From NCBI GenBank assembly GCA_964386955.1, contig CAYLUV010000001.1:13054-77053 (forward strand): DNA of 64,000 nucleotides, in the 5' to 3' direction. The position numbers and the translations under genes are program-made. The stretch comes from an uncultured Lachnospiraceae bacterium. GTDB taxonomy: Bacteria; Bacillota; Clostridia; Lachnospirales; Lachnospiraceae. The notes beneath the pieces are model-generated. The model was not told the DNA's origin. It searched no databases and saw only the letters and a program-made list of their open reading frames with translations. Positions 45,959-55,215 of this stretch are shown here, piece after piece. How positions within the stretch are numbered: position 1 is the first letter of the stretch; each line of letters starts with the position of its first letter.

Positions 45959-48728
45959 AAATGAAAATGCTTTGCAGATTGTGGACAACTTATCGCCTGA
46001 ACAGATTTATGAGTACATTAAGAATGTTCAAAATTATGGCAGTTACAAAGAATCATTGGCAGAGCTGATGAAAGAAAATCCACAGAAGAATCTTGTAGTC
46101 GCTTTGAATAACGATGATTTTGATGCCGTAGCCAACATACTTTTAGAGAAAAATCCAGAAGCAATTGTTGCTGGTATGAAGGCAGTAACGAAAGCACTAG
46201 AAATCAAGCAGCTTGTATGTGTAGTCAGAGATGAAAAATATGTAGATGAGTTACAAGATATTGCCAAGAAATATGGATTAAATCTGGACGTTGAAGTAGC
46301 TGATATTGTGGATATTAGAAAATATAAAGATAGCATGATGCTTCATATAGAAACTATGGCAGCCTATAGTGATGTGTTAATGGGCCAGACTCCAGGCGTA
46401 CTCTTGGCTGTTGACGACAGTGAACCGGTGGAAGTTCCATTTGGTACAAAATTATCGGAACTGTTAGGCGAAGAGGCAAAGGCATATAAAGTCAACCACG
46501 AATACTATGGCAGCGAATTTTATGAAAGTAGTGTGCAGGAAGGCGCAGCGTACGGAAGCGGAAGAATTTGTAAGATTTCTGATAAGCAATGTATGGTGTG
46601 CAATTGTCTAGAAGAGATTCATCACTTTAGAGAACAAACTTGTGGAAAATGTACATTTTGTCGAGAAGGATCCTATCAGTTGGAAGCAATTCTTCGAGAT
46701 ATTACAACAGGAAAAGCATCTAGTGAAGATACAAAGCTGATACAGGAACTTGGTGAGGCGATGCAGTCCTTAAACAATTGTTCTTTAGGTTGTGCAGCGG
46801 CTAAACCGGTAATCAGCATTCTCAATAATTTTGGTGAAGAAGTAGAAGAACATTTACAGAAGCATTATTGTAGATCAGAGCAATGTAAGGCGTTTATTAT
46901 GTACTACGTCGATTCTGCAAAATGTAAGGGATGTGGAACATGCCAGAAATCATGTCAGGTAAATTGTATTGATATGAAAAAAGGATACACAGCAGTGATT
47001 GATGAATTTGATTGTGAAAAATGTGGCGCATGTATGGAAGCTTGCCCGAATGGAGCTATAAAGAAAGCAAATGGAAGTAAGCAAAAGATCAATCAGAAGG
47101 CGGTAAGATTAAAAGGCGTTGCCCTTGAAAAAACTGACGCGAAGGAGCGAAAGAAAGTATCAAGAAAAGGCAGACACAAAACCAAAATTATGCCATTTAA
47201 ACCGGCAGAAAACGTAATGACCACAAAGGAAAACTTAAATCATGTTAAGGCTGAAAGTGAAAGGGGGCAAAATATGAAGAGACTGGAAACGGATGTAGTA
47301 GTAGTTGCCGGTGGTCCTGCGGGACTAGCAGCAGCAGTTACATTGGGCGAGCACGGTATTAAGAGTATTCTGTTTGAAAAATCCAATACTACAGGTGGCG
47401 CAGCCAACATGGGTATGGGACCATTGGGTATCAACACAAAGATTCAGAAACAGAATTTCAACAATGTCAGTGTTGATGAGGCGTTGGATATGCATATGAA
47501 ATATACACATTTCCAAGTAGATGCTGATTTGGTACAGACATATTTCCACAAGAGTGCAGATACCATCGAATGGCTTGAAAGTTTAGGCGTGGAATTTGCA
47601 GGTGCATATCGCTATTTCAAGGAATCTTACGCAACATGGCATATCGTGAAACCTGACAATGGTGTAATCGGACCAAGAGCAGCAGGAAAAATGGCCAGAA
47701 TTCTGACGGAAAAAGCAAAAGAGTATGGCACAGAGATTTACTTGGAAACAGCAGCAACGGATCTGATTTATGAAAATGATAAGGTTTGTGGTGTTATTGC
47801 GAAAGATAATGATGGAAATCTGATAGAAGCAAGAGCGAAAGCGGTAGTAGTTGCGACCGGTGGTTTTGGAAATAATAAAGAGATGATTAAGGAAGAATTT
47901 GGTCTTACTCTTGGAGAAGATTATTTCCCATTCCAGATTCCGGGATTAAACGGTGATGGACTTAAAATGATGTGGAATGTGGGGGCCAAGAAATTTGGAA
48001 CTAACATCGAAGCGATTTATCAGTTACCGGACAATGCCACATGGTCAATCCTTGATGCTGTTTTAAGACAACCGAATTTGTTGATTAACCAATTTGGTGA
48101 TCGTTTTATGAACGAAGGTGACATGGGGAATACAACGCATACAGGAAATGCGATTCATATGCAGCCTGGAAATTATGCATACTGTATTATGGATGAAGGA
48201 ATTTTAAAAGAATATAAGAGAAATGGTCCAGATTTGATTGATTTGGTACATTCTCCAACTGCTGTGGATGAATTTGACGAAGTTGCGGCAAAAGCGGTAG
48301 AACAGGGATACGGAGCATATTTTGAAGCAGAATCAATCGAAGAATTAGCAGAAAAACTTGGTATTGATGAAGATAAACTTCAGGATACCATCGATGAATA
48401 CAATGAAATGTGCGAAGTTGGTGTGGATAGTAAATTCCACAAGAGTCAGAAGTTTTTACATCCAATTACAGGAAAAGGAAAATATTTGGTTGGAAAATTC
48501 TATCTTGGCGCGTATGGAACTTTGGGCGGTGTAAGAATCAATAAGTACTGTGAAGTATTGGATGAAGATTTATTGCCGATTGAAGGACTGTATAGTGCGG
48601 GTACAGATGCAAATACTATTTATGGCGACAGTTATAATTTTAATTTACCAGGCAATAGCATGGGATTTGCAGTTAATTCAGGACGTATGGCGGCAGAGGC
48701 AATTGCAGATTATCTAGATACTATGTAA
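45948..48728 (+). CDS. Fusion: degenerate NuoF/HydB-like domain with [4Fe-4S] motif + 2x[4Fe-4S] ferredoxin + FAD_binding_2 (fumarate-reductase/KstD-family) reductase
   Basis: The NuoF-like block lacks the usual Gly-rich FMN/NADH motifs (LVVALNNDDFDAVANILLEKNPEAIVAGM) but keeps CGKCTFCREG...NNCSLG. The ferredoxin motifs are CKGCGTCQKSC and CEKCGACMEACP. A Lys-rich linker follows, then FAD dinucleotide motif DVVVVAGGPAGLAAA, VVVATGGFGNN and GLYSAGTDA. ATG 45948 (SD AAAGGAGG) overlaps the upstream stop. Confidence 0.85.
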   Translation: MLIKNENALQIVDNLSPEQIYEYIKNVQNYGSYKESLAELMKENPQKNLVVALNNDDFDAVANILLEKNPEAIVAGMKAVTKALEIKQLVCVVRDEKYVDELQDIAKKYGLNLDVEVADIVDIRKYKDSMMLHIETMAAYSDVLMGQTPGVLLAVDDSEPVEVPFGTKLSELLGEEAKAYKVNHEYYGSEFYESSVQEGAAYGSGRICKISDKQCMVCNCLEEIHHFREQTCGKCTFCREGSYQLEAILRDITTGKASSEDTKLIQELGEAMQSLNNCSLGCAAAKPVISILNNFGEEVEEHLQKHYCRSEQCKAFIMYYVDSAKCKGCGTCQKSCQVNCIDMKKGYTAVIDEFDCEKCGACMEACPNGAIKKANGSKQKINQKAVRLKGVALEKTDAKERKKVSRKGRHKTKIMPFKPAENVMTTKENLNHVKAESERGQNMKRLETDVVVVAGGPAGLAAAVTLGEHGIKSILFEKSNTTGGAANMGMGPLGINTKIQKQNFNNVSVDEALDMHMKYTHFQVDADLVQTYFHKSADTIEWLESLGVEFAGAYRYFKESYATWHIVKPDNGVIGPRAAGKMARILTEKAKEYGTEIYLETAATDLIYENDKVCGVIAKDNDGNLIEARAKAVVVATGGFGNNKEMIKEEFGLTLGEDYFPFQIPGLNGDGLKMMWNVGAKKFGTNIEAIYQLPDNATWSILDAVLRQPNLLINQFGDRFMNEGDMGNTTHTGNAIHMQPGNYAYCIMDEGILKEYKRNGPDLIDLVHSPTAVDEFDEVAAKAVEQGYGAYFEAESIEELAEKLGIDEDKLQDTIDEYNEMCEVGVDSKFHKSQKFLHPITGKGKYLVGKFYLGAYGTLGGVRINKYCEVLDEDLLPIEGLYSAGTDANTIYGDSYNFNLPGNSMGFAVNSGRMAAEAIADYLDTM

Positions 48729-48754
48729 AAATAACAAGTGCAAAGGAGAAAGTT

Positions 48755-50134
48755 ATGAATAATACAAGTCAAAAGAAAAAAACACCGCTTAGTTTAGCTG
48801 TTGGATATGGTTTTGGTGAACTTGGTGGCCAGATGAGCTGGTATATGATTAATACATATCTAATGATTTTTTATACGGATGTAGTGGGCTTAACGGCATC
48901 TGCAATTTCTCTTATTATGTTGATTGCCCGTGTGTGGGATGCGATTAATGATCCTATGATGGGAATGCTGTGTGACAGAACACACACAAGATGGGGAAAA
49001 TTTAGACCTTATATTATGTTTGCGCCCCCTGTCTTAGCAATCTTTAACATATTAACTTTTACAGTTATGCCGGTTAAAGGTGTTGCAAAAGTGTTGTTGT
49101 GTTTACTTTTCTATATTGGTGCAGGTATGGCATATACAGTTGTTATGACAGCATATGCAAGTCTTGTAAATGTTGTTTCTAAAGATAGTCAGGAAAGACA
49201 AACATTGTCTGCAGCAAGAAATATGTTTAGTTCAATTGGATCTACAATTATGGGTGCGGTTGCGATGCCTCTTATTCTCTTCTTTGGTAAGAGTGAAGTA
49301 GCTACAGCAAAAGGTTATTTTTGGACAACGGTAGTATTCTCTGTAGCAATGATTCCAATCTATCTTATTACGGCTGGAACATGTAAAGAAAACTATATTG
49401 AAGAGTTACATGGTGAAAAAACGGAAGAAAAGAGAAGTATTATCGACAGCTTGAAAACCGTATTTAAAAATGATCAACTTATGATGGTTGTTTTGAATAC
49501 ATTAGGCGGTACGATTGGTGTTTTAGGAAGAATGACTATGCTTTCCTACTATGTTATCTATGTTGTAGGATCTTATACAATGATTGCTCCTATCTATACG
49601 ATTATGTCAATCGGAGCTTTTTTAGGAAGCTGTATTATTCCAAGAATGACTGCATGGTTGGGCAAGAAAAAATATGCACTCCTGTTAAATGGAGTAATGG
49701 CTGTAGGGTTTATCATTATGTATGCATTCCCTGTTAATAATGTGGCATTCTTATTAGCTATTTCATTTGTTATTGGTATTGGAAATTCATCCCAGGGTGT
49801 TGCATATGGAATGGTATCAGACAGTATTGAATATGGTGATTACAAAAATGGTGTTCGAGAAGAAGGATTATCTTGTTCCTTCTTAAGCCTTAGTGCAAAA
49901 ATTGCAACAGCTGTATGCGGATCCGTTGGAGTTCTTTTACTGGCTTCCGTTGGATATGTTCCAAATGCAGCACAGACAGAAACTGCAAAAAATGGTATTA
50001 ACTTTGTAGTTAATATTATTCCAGCAATCTGTGTAATTGCTAGTATGATTCCACTTTTCTTCTATAAACTCGAAAACAAAAAGATGGTGGAAATTGGCGC
50101 AGAACTTGAGAGAAGAAGAGTAGAAGAAAAATAG
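48755..50134 (+). CDS. GPH-family (glycoside-pentoside-hexuronide):cation symporter
   Basis: Twelve predicted TM helices and a GPH signature (ARVWDAINDPMMGMLCDRTHTRWGKFRPYIMF). Confidence 0.85.
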   Translation: MNNTSQKKKTPLSLAVGYGFGELGGQMSWYMINTYLMIFYTDVVGLTASAISLIMLIARVWDAINDPMMGMLCDRTHTRWGKFRPYIMFAPPVLAIFNILTFTVMPVKGVAKVLLCLLFYIGAGMAYTVVMTAYASLVNVVSKDSQERQTLSAARNMFSSIGSTIMGAVAMPLILFFGKSEVATAKGYFWTTVVFSVAMIPIYLITAGTCKENYIEELHGEKTEEKRSIIDSLKTVFKNDQLMMVVLNTLGGTIGVLGRMTMLSYYVIYVVGSYTMIAPIYTIMSIGAFLGSCIIPRMTAWLGKKKYALLLNGVMAVGFIIMYAFPVNNVAFLLAISFVIGIGNSSQGVAYGMVSDSIEYGDYKNGVREEGLSCSFLSLSAKIATAVCGSVGVLLLASVGYVPNAAQTETAKNGINFVVNIIPAICVIASMIPLFFYKLENKKMVEIGAELERRRVEEK

Positions 50135-50170
50135 TAATTTGTAACAAAGGAAAATGAAAGGATGAAGGGA

Positions 50171-51274
50171 ATGAAGGCATATAAAGTTTTTACAGTAAAT
50201 CCGGGATCCACATCAACCAAAATTGCATTATTTGAGGGAAGTGAAAAAGTTTTTTCTGCAAATGTCAGTCATGATGCAAAAGTACTTGCTCAATATGGTA
50301 CGATGAAGGAACAACTTGATTACAGAAAAGAAACAATTGAGAAGTTGTTAAAGGATAATGAAGTTGATTTAAATGGACTGGATGCCTGTGTCGGAAGAGG
50401 TGGCGGCCTTTTAGCAATGGAGGGTGGAACTTACGAAATAGATGATTTAGTTTTGACACATTCTCTTCATTGCGCAAATGGTGTTGTACATCCAGCTAGT
50501 TTAGGGCCAAGCATTGCCAAAGAGTTCGGAGATGCATATGGTGCAAGATCCTTTGTAGTGAATCCACCGGATGTGGATGAGCTGCAGGATGTTGCTAGAA
50601 TGACGGGAATTAAAGGTGTTTACCGTGTGATTCATTTGCATGCCCTAAATCTAAAGGAAACAGCTATTCGCCATGCAGAAAGTATTGGAAAGAAATATGA
50701 AGAATGCAACTTTATAGTATGTCATATTGGTGGTGGTATTTCTATATCCGCCCATCGCAATGGTAAAATGATAGATGGATTTGACATTGTTGGTGGAGAA
50801 GGACCGATAGCTCCTACAAGATGTGGCAGCATCTCTGTCGCAGATTTGTTAAGATATTGCGAAGGAAAAGACATAAAGAGTGTGAAGCAGCTGTGCACTA
50901 AAAATGGTGGTTTTGTGAATCATCTAGGTATTTCTGATGCAATTGAGCTGACAGAGCGTGCAGAAAAGGGAGATAAGTATGCGGAGATGCTCTGGAATAC
51001 GATGATATACCAGATTGAAAAGTGCATTGGCTCTATGGCTGCAGTGCTAAAAGGCAAGATTGATGGAATTTTACTTGGCGGTGGAATGGTTCATAGCCAA
51101 GATATGGTAAATCAGATTAAAGATGCCTGTAGTTGGATAGCACCAGTAACTGCTTACCCAGGCGAGTTTGAGATGGAAGCCATGGCATCTGGCGCTTCCA
51201 GGGTGCTTGCTGGTGAAGAAAAAGTAAAGAGATATGAAGGAGTTTGTATCTTTCAAGGATTTGACTTTGAGTAA
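50171..51274 (+). CDS. buk: Butyrate (short/branched-chain acyl) kinase
   Basis: Buk N-terminus YKVFTVNPGSTSTKIALFE, CHIGGGISISAH and ASKHA acetate/butyrate kinase blocks. ATG 50171 or 50162. Confidence 0.9.
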   Translation: MKAYKVFTVNPGSTSTKIALFEGSEKVFSANVSHDAKVLAQYGTMKEQLDYRKETIEKLLKDNEVDLNGLDACVGRGGGLLAMEGGTYEIDDLVLTHSLHCANGVVHPASLGPSIAKEFGDAYGARSFVVNPPDVDELQDVARMTGIKGVYRVIHLHALNLKETAIRHAESIGKKYEECNFIVCHIGGGISISAHRNGKMIDGFDIVGGEGPIAPTRCGSISVADLLRYCEGKDIKSVKQLCTKNGGFVNHLGISDAIELTERAEKGDKYAEMLWNTMIYQIEKCIGSMAAVLKGKIDGILLGGGMVHSQDMVNQIKDACSWIAPVTAYPGEFEMEAMASGASRVLAGEEKVKRYEGVCIFQGFDFE

Positions 51275-51293
51275 ATGAAATAGTTGCGTATGT

Positions 51294-51334
51294 AAAGGAC
51301 CACAGTATCCAAGTGTGATACGGTGGTCCTTTTT
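51294..51334. terminator. Bidirectional terminator between buk (+) and the large regulator (-)
   Basis: AAAGGACCAC (51294-51303) / GTGGTCCTTT (51323-51332) with an inner GTATC/GATAC stem, followed by a T run. Confidence 0.75.
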
Positions 51335-51336
51335 GA

Positions 51337-53280
51337 TTACGATTGAGAGAAAAAATCGATAATAGATTTTTTAGTTTTTAACGATTTTATGGATTCGATA
51401 TTTAAAGAGGAATCATTAAAAATATGAACTAGGTGAAGCAAATAAGGAGCGTCTTCCGGTCTAAAGGATGCCATAACAATTACTCTTATTTTATGAGAAT
51501 TCCGGACAATGCGATGATCGAGGGTCACAACAGATAATTGTGTTTTTGTGGCAGGTTTTAATGAGTGTAAAAATAAAATTCCAGGATGAAATGCAAATGT
51601 ACTAATTGATTCTCGTCTTAGTATATCTTCTAGATAATCGTCAGTTACAATCTTATCTTTTATAAAATCTTGGACCATTAGTTCAATGATAGAAAAGTAA
51701 TCAGAAACTAACAGTTGTTCATGCCAATAAGCATGATCGAGTAATGTTTGAACGGACAGAGTGGTTGATGGGCACAATTTTTGAATACGATGTTTCGAAA
51801 TAAAGGAAGATAAATACAAATAATCGGTAGGAGTCATGAAATTTGAGATTTTCAGACACTCTGTTGCAGGGGTGGCGGTAATATCATTTCGCATAACAGT
51901 AGTAAGAACCAAATCTATATTAGAAAAATCGTAGGCACTCTTGGCATTAATAGGTAATAGATCTGTTATATTAATGTAATTTTCAAAAGCGCCAAGGATG
52001 CTTCTTTTTATAGCCCATCCTGCGGCAAGATTTAGGTGGCAACAAATCACGCTTTGGATTTTGTTGTCGGGATGTATACGGAACTGAAATTCTAGTGCTC
52101 CGGCCAAACATTGCGCTAAATATAAAAGTTCTGTCAAGGTAAGATAACGATTCATATATTCGAAAGCTATTTCCTGAAAAATAACAGCAATTTCAAATTC
52201 CGCCAATAAATTTTCTCTGGCAATGTCAGGGTTTCCTTGGGAATTGAATATACGGGATGGAGTTTGCAGATAACGAATATATTGCAGCAATGTGATATAA
52301 AAATCTTCATCTTTTGAAAAATCAAGCCCAAAAACATGATGGATTTTTTCTAAGTATTTATCTGTCATTTCGATAGAAATAGAATCCACGTAATTATGTA
52401 TGGTTAGAAAATTTAATTTTTGTGAATCTAGAAGATGGGATGATTCAATTCGTTGGTAAATATCGTCCCGCTCTGTTTGAGAGAAGGAACACTGAAAATG
52501 CTCTTCTAGTTTATCAAAAATGCCATTCGTTGCATGTAATGCCATGGTATCAGATTTTGGACATGGAGAACTAGGTGGAAGTGCGTGTCCAGAGTTCACC
52601 CTGTGATACATAATTGCAATTGCAAGATGAAGAGATACGATATTGGCGTCTTCCATATGAATATTGTATTTATGTAAATGTAACGGAATTTCATTCATGA
52701 TATAGTCTAGCACATCTACCTGAAGGAAGTGATAACCATAATAAGCATTTCCTTTTCTGCTATAGTTCCAATCTTCATGAAACAATTGGTTTAAAATAGA
52801 GCGACGTTTGCGCTCATCATGTTCAAATTCCAGATTGTCCTTTAATTGGGTTATGCGAATGTATGGTTCAGACATAACATATTTCATTTTTAAGTGTTGT
52901 AAATCGTTTTCTAAAGTTGTGTGACTTACAAATATTTCGTCTTCTAGGTCGTATGTATTAATAGGAATATCTGATAAACATAAGCGGAAAGCAAGATAAC
53001 GGATACGATCGTCTTTGGTGAAAAAGGCGATATCAATTTGATTTAAATCTTGTATTAATTCAAAGTCGTTGGCTTGAAATATATATCCTTTGCTTCGTTC
53101 CGACGCTATTTTCGCATTATGCGGAGATAGATGCTCGTTGATTTCAACAATCTCACTTCGAATTGTTCTTGCAGAAACACCAAGTTGCTTTGCTAGCTCT
53201 GTGCCAGTAATATATTTATTATGTTCTTGCATAATATGCAAAAGTTTTCGTTGCCTGAGTGATAAATTAAGTGTTTCCAT
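51337..53280 (-). CDS. Large HTH transcriptional regulator (tentatively MtlR/LicR/BglG-like with PRD/PTS-regulatory domains)
   Basis: N-terminal HTH_11/DeoR-like motif (LRQRKLLHIMQEHNKYITGTELAKQLGVSARTIRSEIVEINEHL). The length (647 aa) and His-containing central repeats fit PRD-type activators, but I could not verify the PRD signatures by eye. Confidence 0.6.
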   Translation of the reverse strand: METLNLSLRQRKLLHIMQEHNKYITGTELAKQLGVSARTIRSEIVEINEHLSPHNAKIASERSKGYIFQANDFELIQDLNQIDIAFFTKDDRIRYLAFRLCLSDIPINTYDLEDEIFVSHTTLENDLQHLKMKYVMSEPYIRITQLKDNLEFEHDERKRRSILNQLFHEDWNYSRKGNAYYGYHFLQVDVLDYIMNEIPLHLHKYNIHMEDANIVSLHLAIAIMYHRVNSGHALPPSSPCPKSDTMALHATNGIFDKLEEHFQCSFSQTERDDIYQRIESSHLLDSQKLNFLTIHNYVDSISIEMTDKYLEKIHHVFGLDFSKDEDFYITLLQYIRYLQTPSRIFNSQGNPDIARENLLAEFEIAVIFQEIAFEYMNRYLTLTELLYLAQCLAGALEFQFRIHPDNKIQSVICCHLNLAAGWAIKRSILGAFENYINITDLLPINAKSAYDFSNIDLVLTTVMRNDITATPATECLKISNFMTPTDYLYLSSFISKHRIQKLCPSTTLSVQTLLDHAYWHEQLLVSDYFSIIELMVQDFIKDKIVTDDYLEDILRRESISTFAFHPGILFLHSLKPATKTQLSVVTLDHRIVRNSHKIRVIVMASFRPEDAPYLLHLVHIFNDSSLNIESIKSLKTKKSIIDFFSQS

Positions 53281-53415
53281 AACTAGTCAGTCCTTTCTAA
53301 GTTACTGCATATATTTTAACAAAAAGCATTTCCGTTTTAAAGAGGAAAAAGGAAATTTGAGAAGAGAAAAAAGATAATTTAACATAAGTATATAAGAAAA
53401 AGGAGGACTATCATT

Positions 53416-54054
53416 ATGAAATATGAAAAAACTAGAAAGATTGTTTTAGATGCAATTTTAGAAGCAGTAGATATGGGACTTATTCATGGTACTTCAGGAA
53501 ACATTGCGATGCGAGATGATGAGGAGGACGTGGTGGCAATCACACCAAGTGGAATTTCCTATAAGAATATGACAGCGGATCAGATTGCAATCGTAGATAT
53601 GGATGGAAAATGGTTAGATGGACCTTTTAAACCATCTTCAGAAGTACCGATGCATACAGCAGTTATGAGAGCGAGAAAGGATGTACGTGCTACTGTACAT
53701 ACGCATGGTATGTTTGCAACAATTGCAGCAATGAGTGGAGAACTTCTTCCAACAACACCTCCACAGGCAGAGTTTGTGCCAGTAGGTATTGTGCCATTTA
53801 CTATGCCTGGAAGTGACGAAGTGGCAGACAAGGTGGTGGAAGCACTTGGCGAAGAAGGAAGAGCAGTGCTGATAAAAAATCATGGTATGTTCTGCTGCGG
53901 AAAAGATATGAAAGCAGCTATGGCAGCAACTATTTATACGGAAGAAATGGCTCAGACAGCTTATTATGCAAAAGTAGCTGGAGTATATGAGCCAATGCCA
54001 GAAGAGGCAGTTAAAAAAATGAAAGAATTAATTGCAGCTGATCAGGCAGTGTAG
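53416..54054 (+). CDS. Class II aldolase/adducin-family protein (L-fuculose-1-P aldolase / ribulose-5-P 4-epimerase-like)
   Basis: Motifs: GTSGNIAMRD, VAITPSGISY, SSEVPMHTAVM, TVHTHGMFAT, LIKNHGMFCCG. Confidence 0.88.
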   Translation: MKYEKTRKIVLDAILEAVDMGLIHGTSGNIAMRDDEEDVVAITPSGISYKNMTADQIAIVDMDGKWLDGPFKPSSEVPMHTAVMRARKDVRATVHTHGMFATIAAMSGELLPTTPPQAEFVPVGIVPFTMPGSDEVADKVVEALGEEGRAVLIKNHGMFCCGKDMKAAMAATIYTEEMAQTAYYAKVAGVYEPMPEEAVKKMKELIAADQAV

Positions 54055-54066
54055 GAGGCAGTTACG

Positions 54067-55215
54067 ATGAGTTATAACTTTTTTGTAAAAAGTAATATTA
54101 CTTTTGGAAAAGGTGCTGTGGAAAAGCTTCCAGAACTTATTCAGAACTATGGCATGAAAAATATCATGGTTGTATATGATCAGGGCGTAAAAGCAGCGGG
54201 AATTGCACAGGTTGTACTGGAGCAGATAAATAAAGCGGAGGCAAATGTAGTTATATTCGATGGTGTCATCCCAAATCCTACAAATGACGTTGTGGAAGAG
54301 GCAGCGTCATTAGCCAAAGAATCCAATGTGGATGGATTTGTCGCTGTGGGAGGTGGAAGCAGTATTGATCTTGCAAAGGCAGTTAATATTTTGATGAAGA
54401 ATCCTGGAAAAATAGGCGAGTATGGTGGAATGAATCTGGTGAAAAATCCTTGTTTGCCTTTGATTGCAATTCCAACAACGGCAGGTACATCTAGTGAAAT
54501 TACAAATGTGAGTGCCTTGATTGATACGGAAAAAGTAGTGAAATATGTCGTAATTGATAATAACATTGTGGCATCTGATGTAATCGCTGATCCAGAATTT
54601 ACGAGAACAGTGCCTGCAAGTGTTACTGCAGCCACTGGTATGGATGCGATTACTCATGCAGTGGAAAGCTATATTTCTAATATGGCAACTCCGCTTACAG
54701 AGTATAATTCTTTAAAGGGACTTGAAATTTTATATCATAACCTTCCTAAAGCGGTAAAAGATGGGAACGATATGGAAGCTAGAGAACAGATGATGCTTGG
54801 TTGCATTATTACGGGATTTGGATTTTCTAATGCAAATTTGGGACTGGTTCATGGAATTGCACATACATTGAGCGCACATTTTGGGTTGGCTCATGGAATG
54901 GCAAATGCCACAGTGCTCCCATATGTTATGGAATATAACGCAGAGAGTTGTCCAAAGAAAATGGTTAATCTAGCAAAAGCAATTGGGCTTGAGGTTTCGG
55001 GCGATTTAGAGAATGATAAGTATCTCTTAGCGAAAGAATTTAAAAAATTGATTAAGGAACTTAATATTAAGACTTTATCTGAACAAGGAATAGAAAAGAC
55101 TCATTTTGATATGATTGCGGAAGATGTATTAAAAGAGCCGGTATTGGGATTTAATCCACGTCAGAACATTTCGAAAGAAGATGTGATCGCAATTCTGGAG
55201 AAAGCGTATGAGTAA
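54067..55215 (+). CDS. Iron-containing (group III) alcohol dehydrogenase, FucO/DhaT-like
   Basis: Motifs: VAVGGGSSIDLAKA, IAIPTTAGTSSE, GMDAITHAVESY, and metal His residues in LVHGIAHTLSAHFGLAHG. Confidence 0.9.
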   Translation: MSYNFFVKSNITFGKGAVEKLPELIQNYGMKNIMVVYDQGVKAAGIAQVVLEQINKAEANVVIFDGVIPNPTNDVVEEAASLAKESNVDGFVAVGGGSSIDLAKAVNILMKNPGKIGEYGGMNLVKNPCLPLIAIPTTAGTSSEITNVSALIDTEKVVKYVVIDNNIVASDVIADPEFTRTVPASVTAATGMDAITHAVESYISNMATPLTEYNSLKGLEILYHNLPKAVKDGNDMEAREQMMLGCIITGFGFSNANLGLVHGIAHTLSAHFGLAHGMANATVLPYVMEYNAESCPKKMVNLAKAIGLEVSGDLENDKYLLAKEFKKLIKELNIKTLSEQGIEKTHFDMIAEDVLKEPVLGFNPRQNISKEDVIAILEKAYE

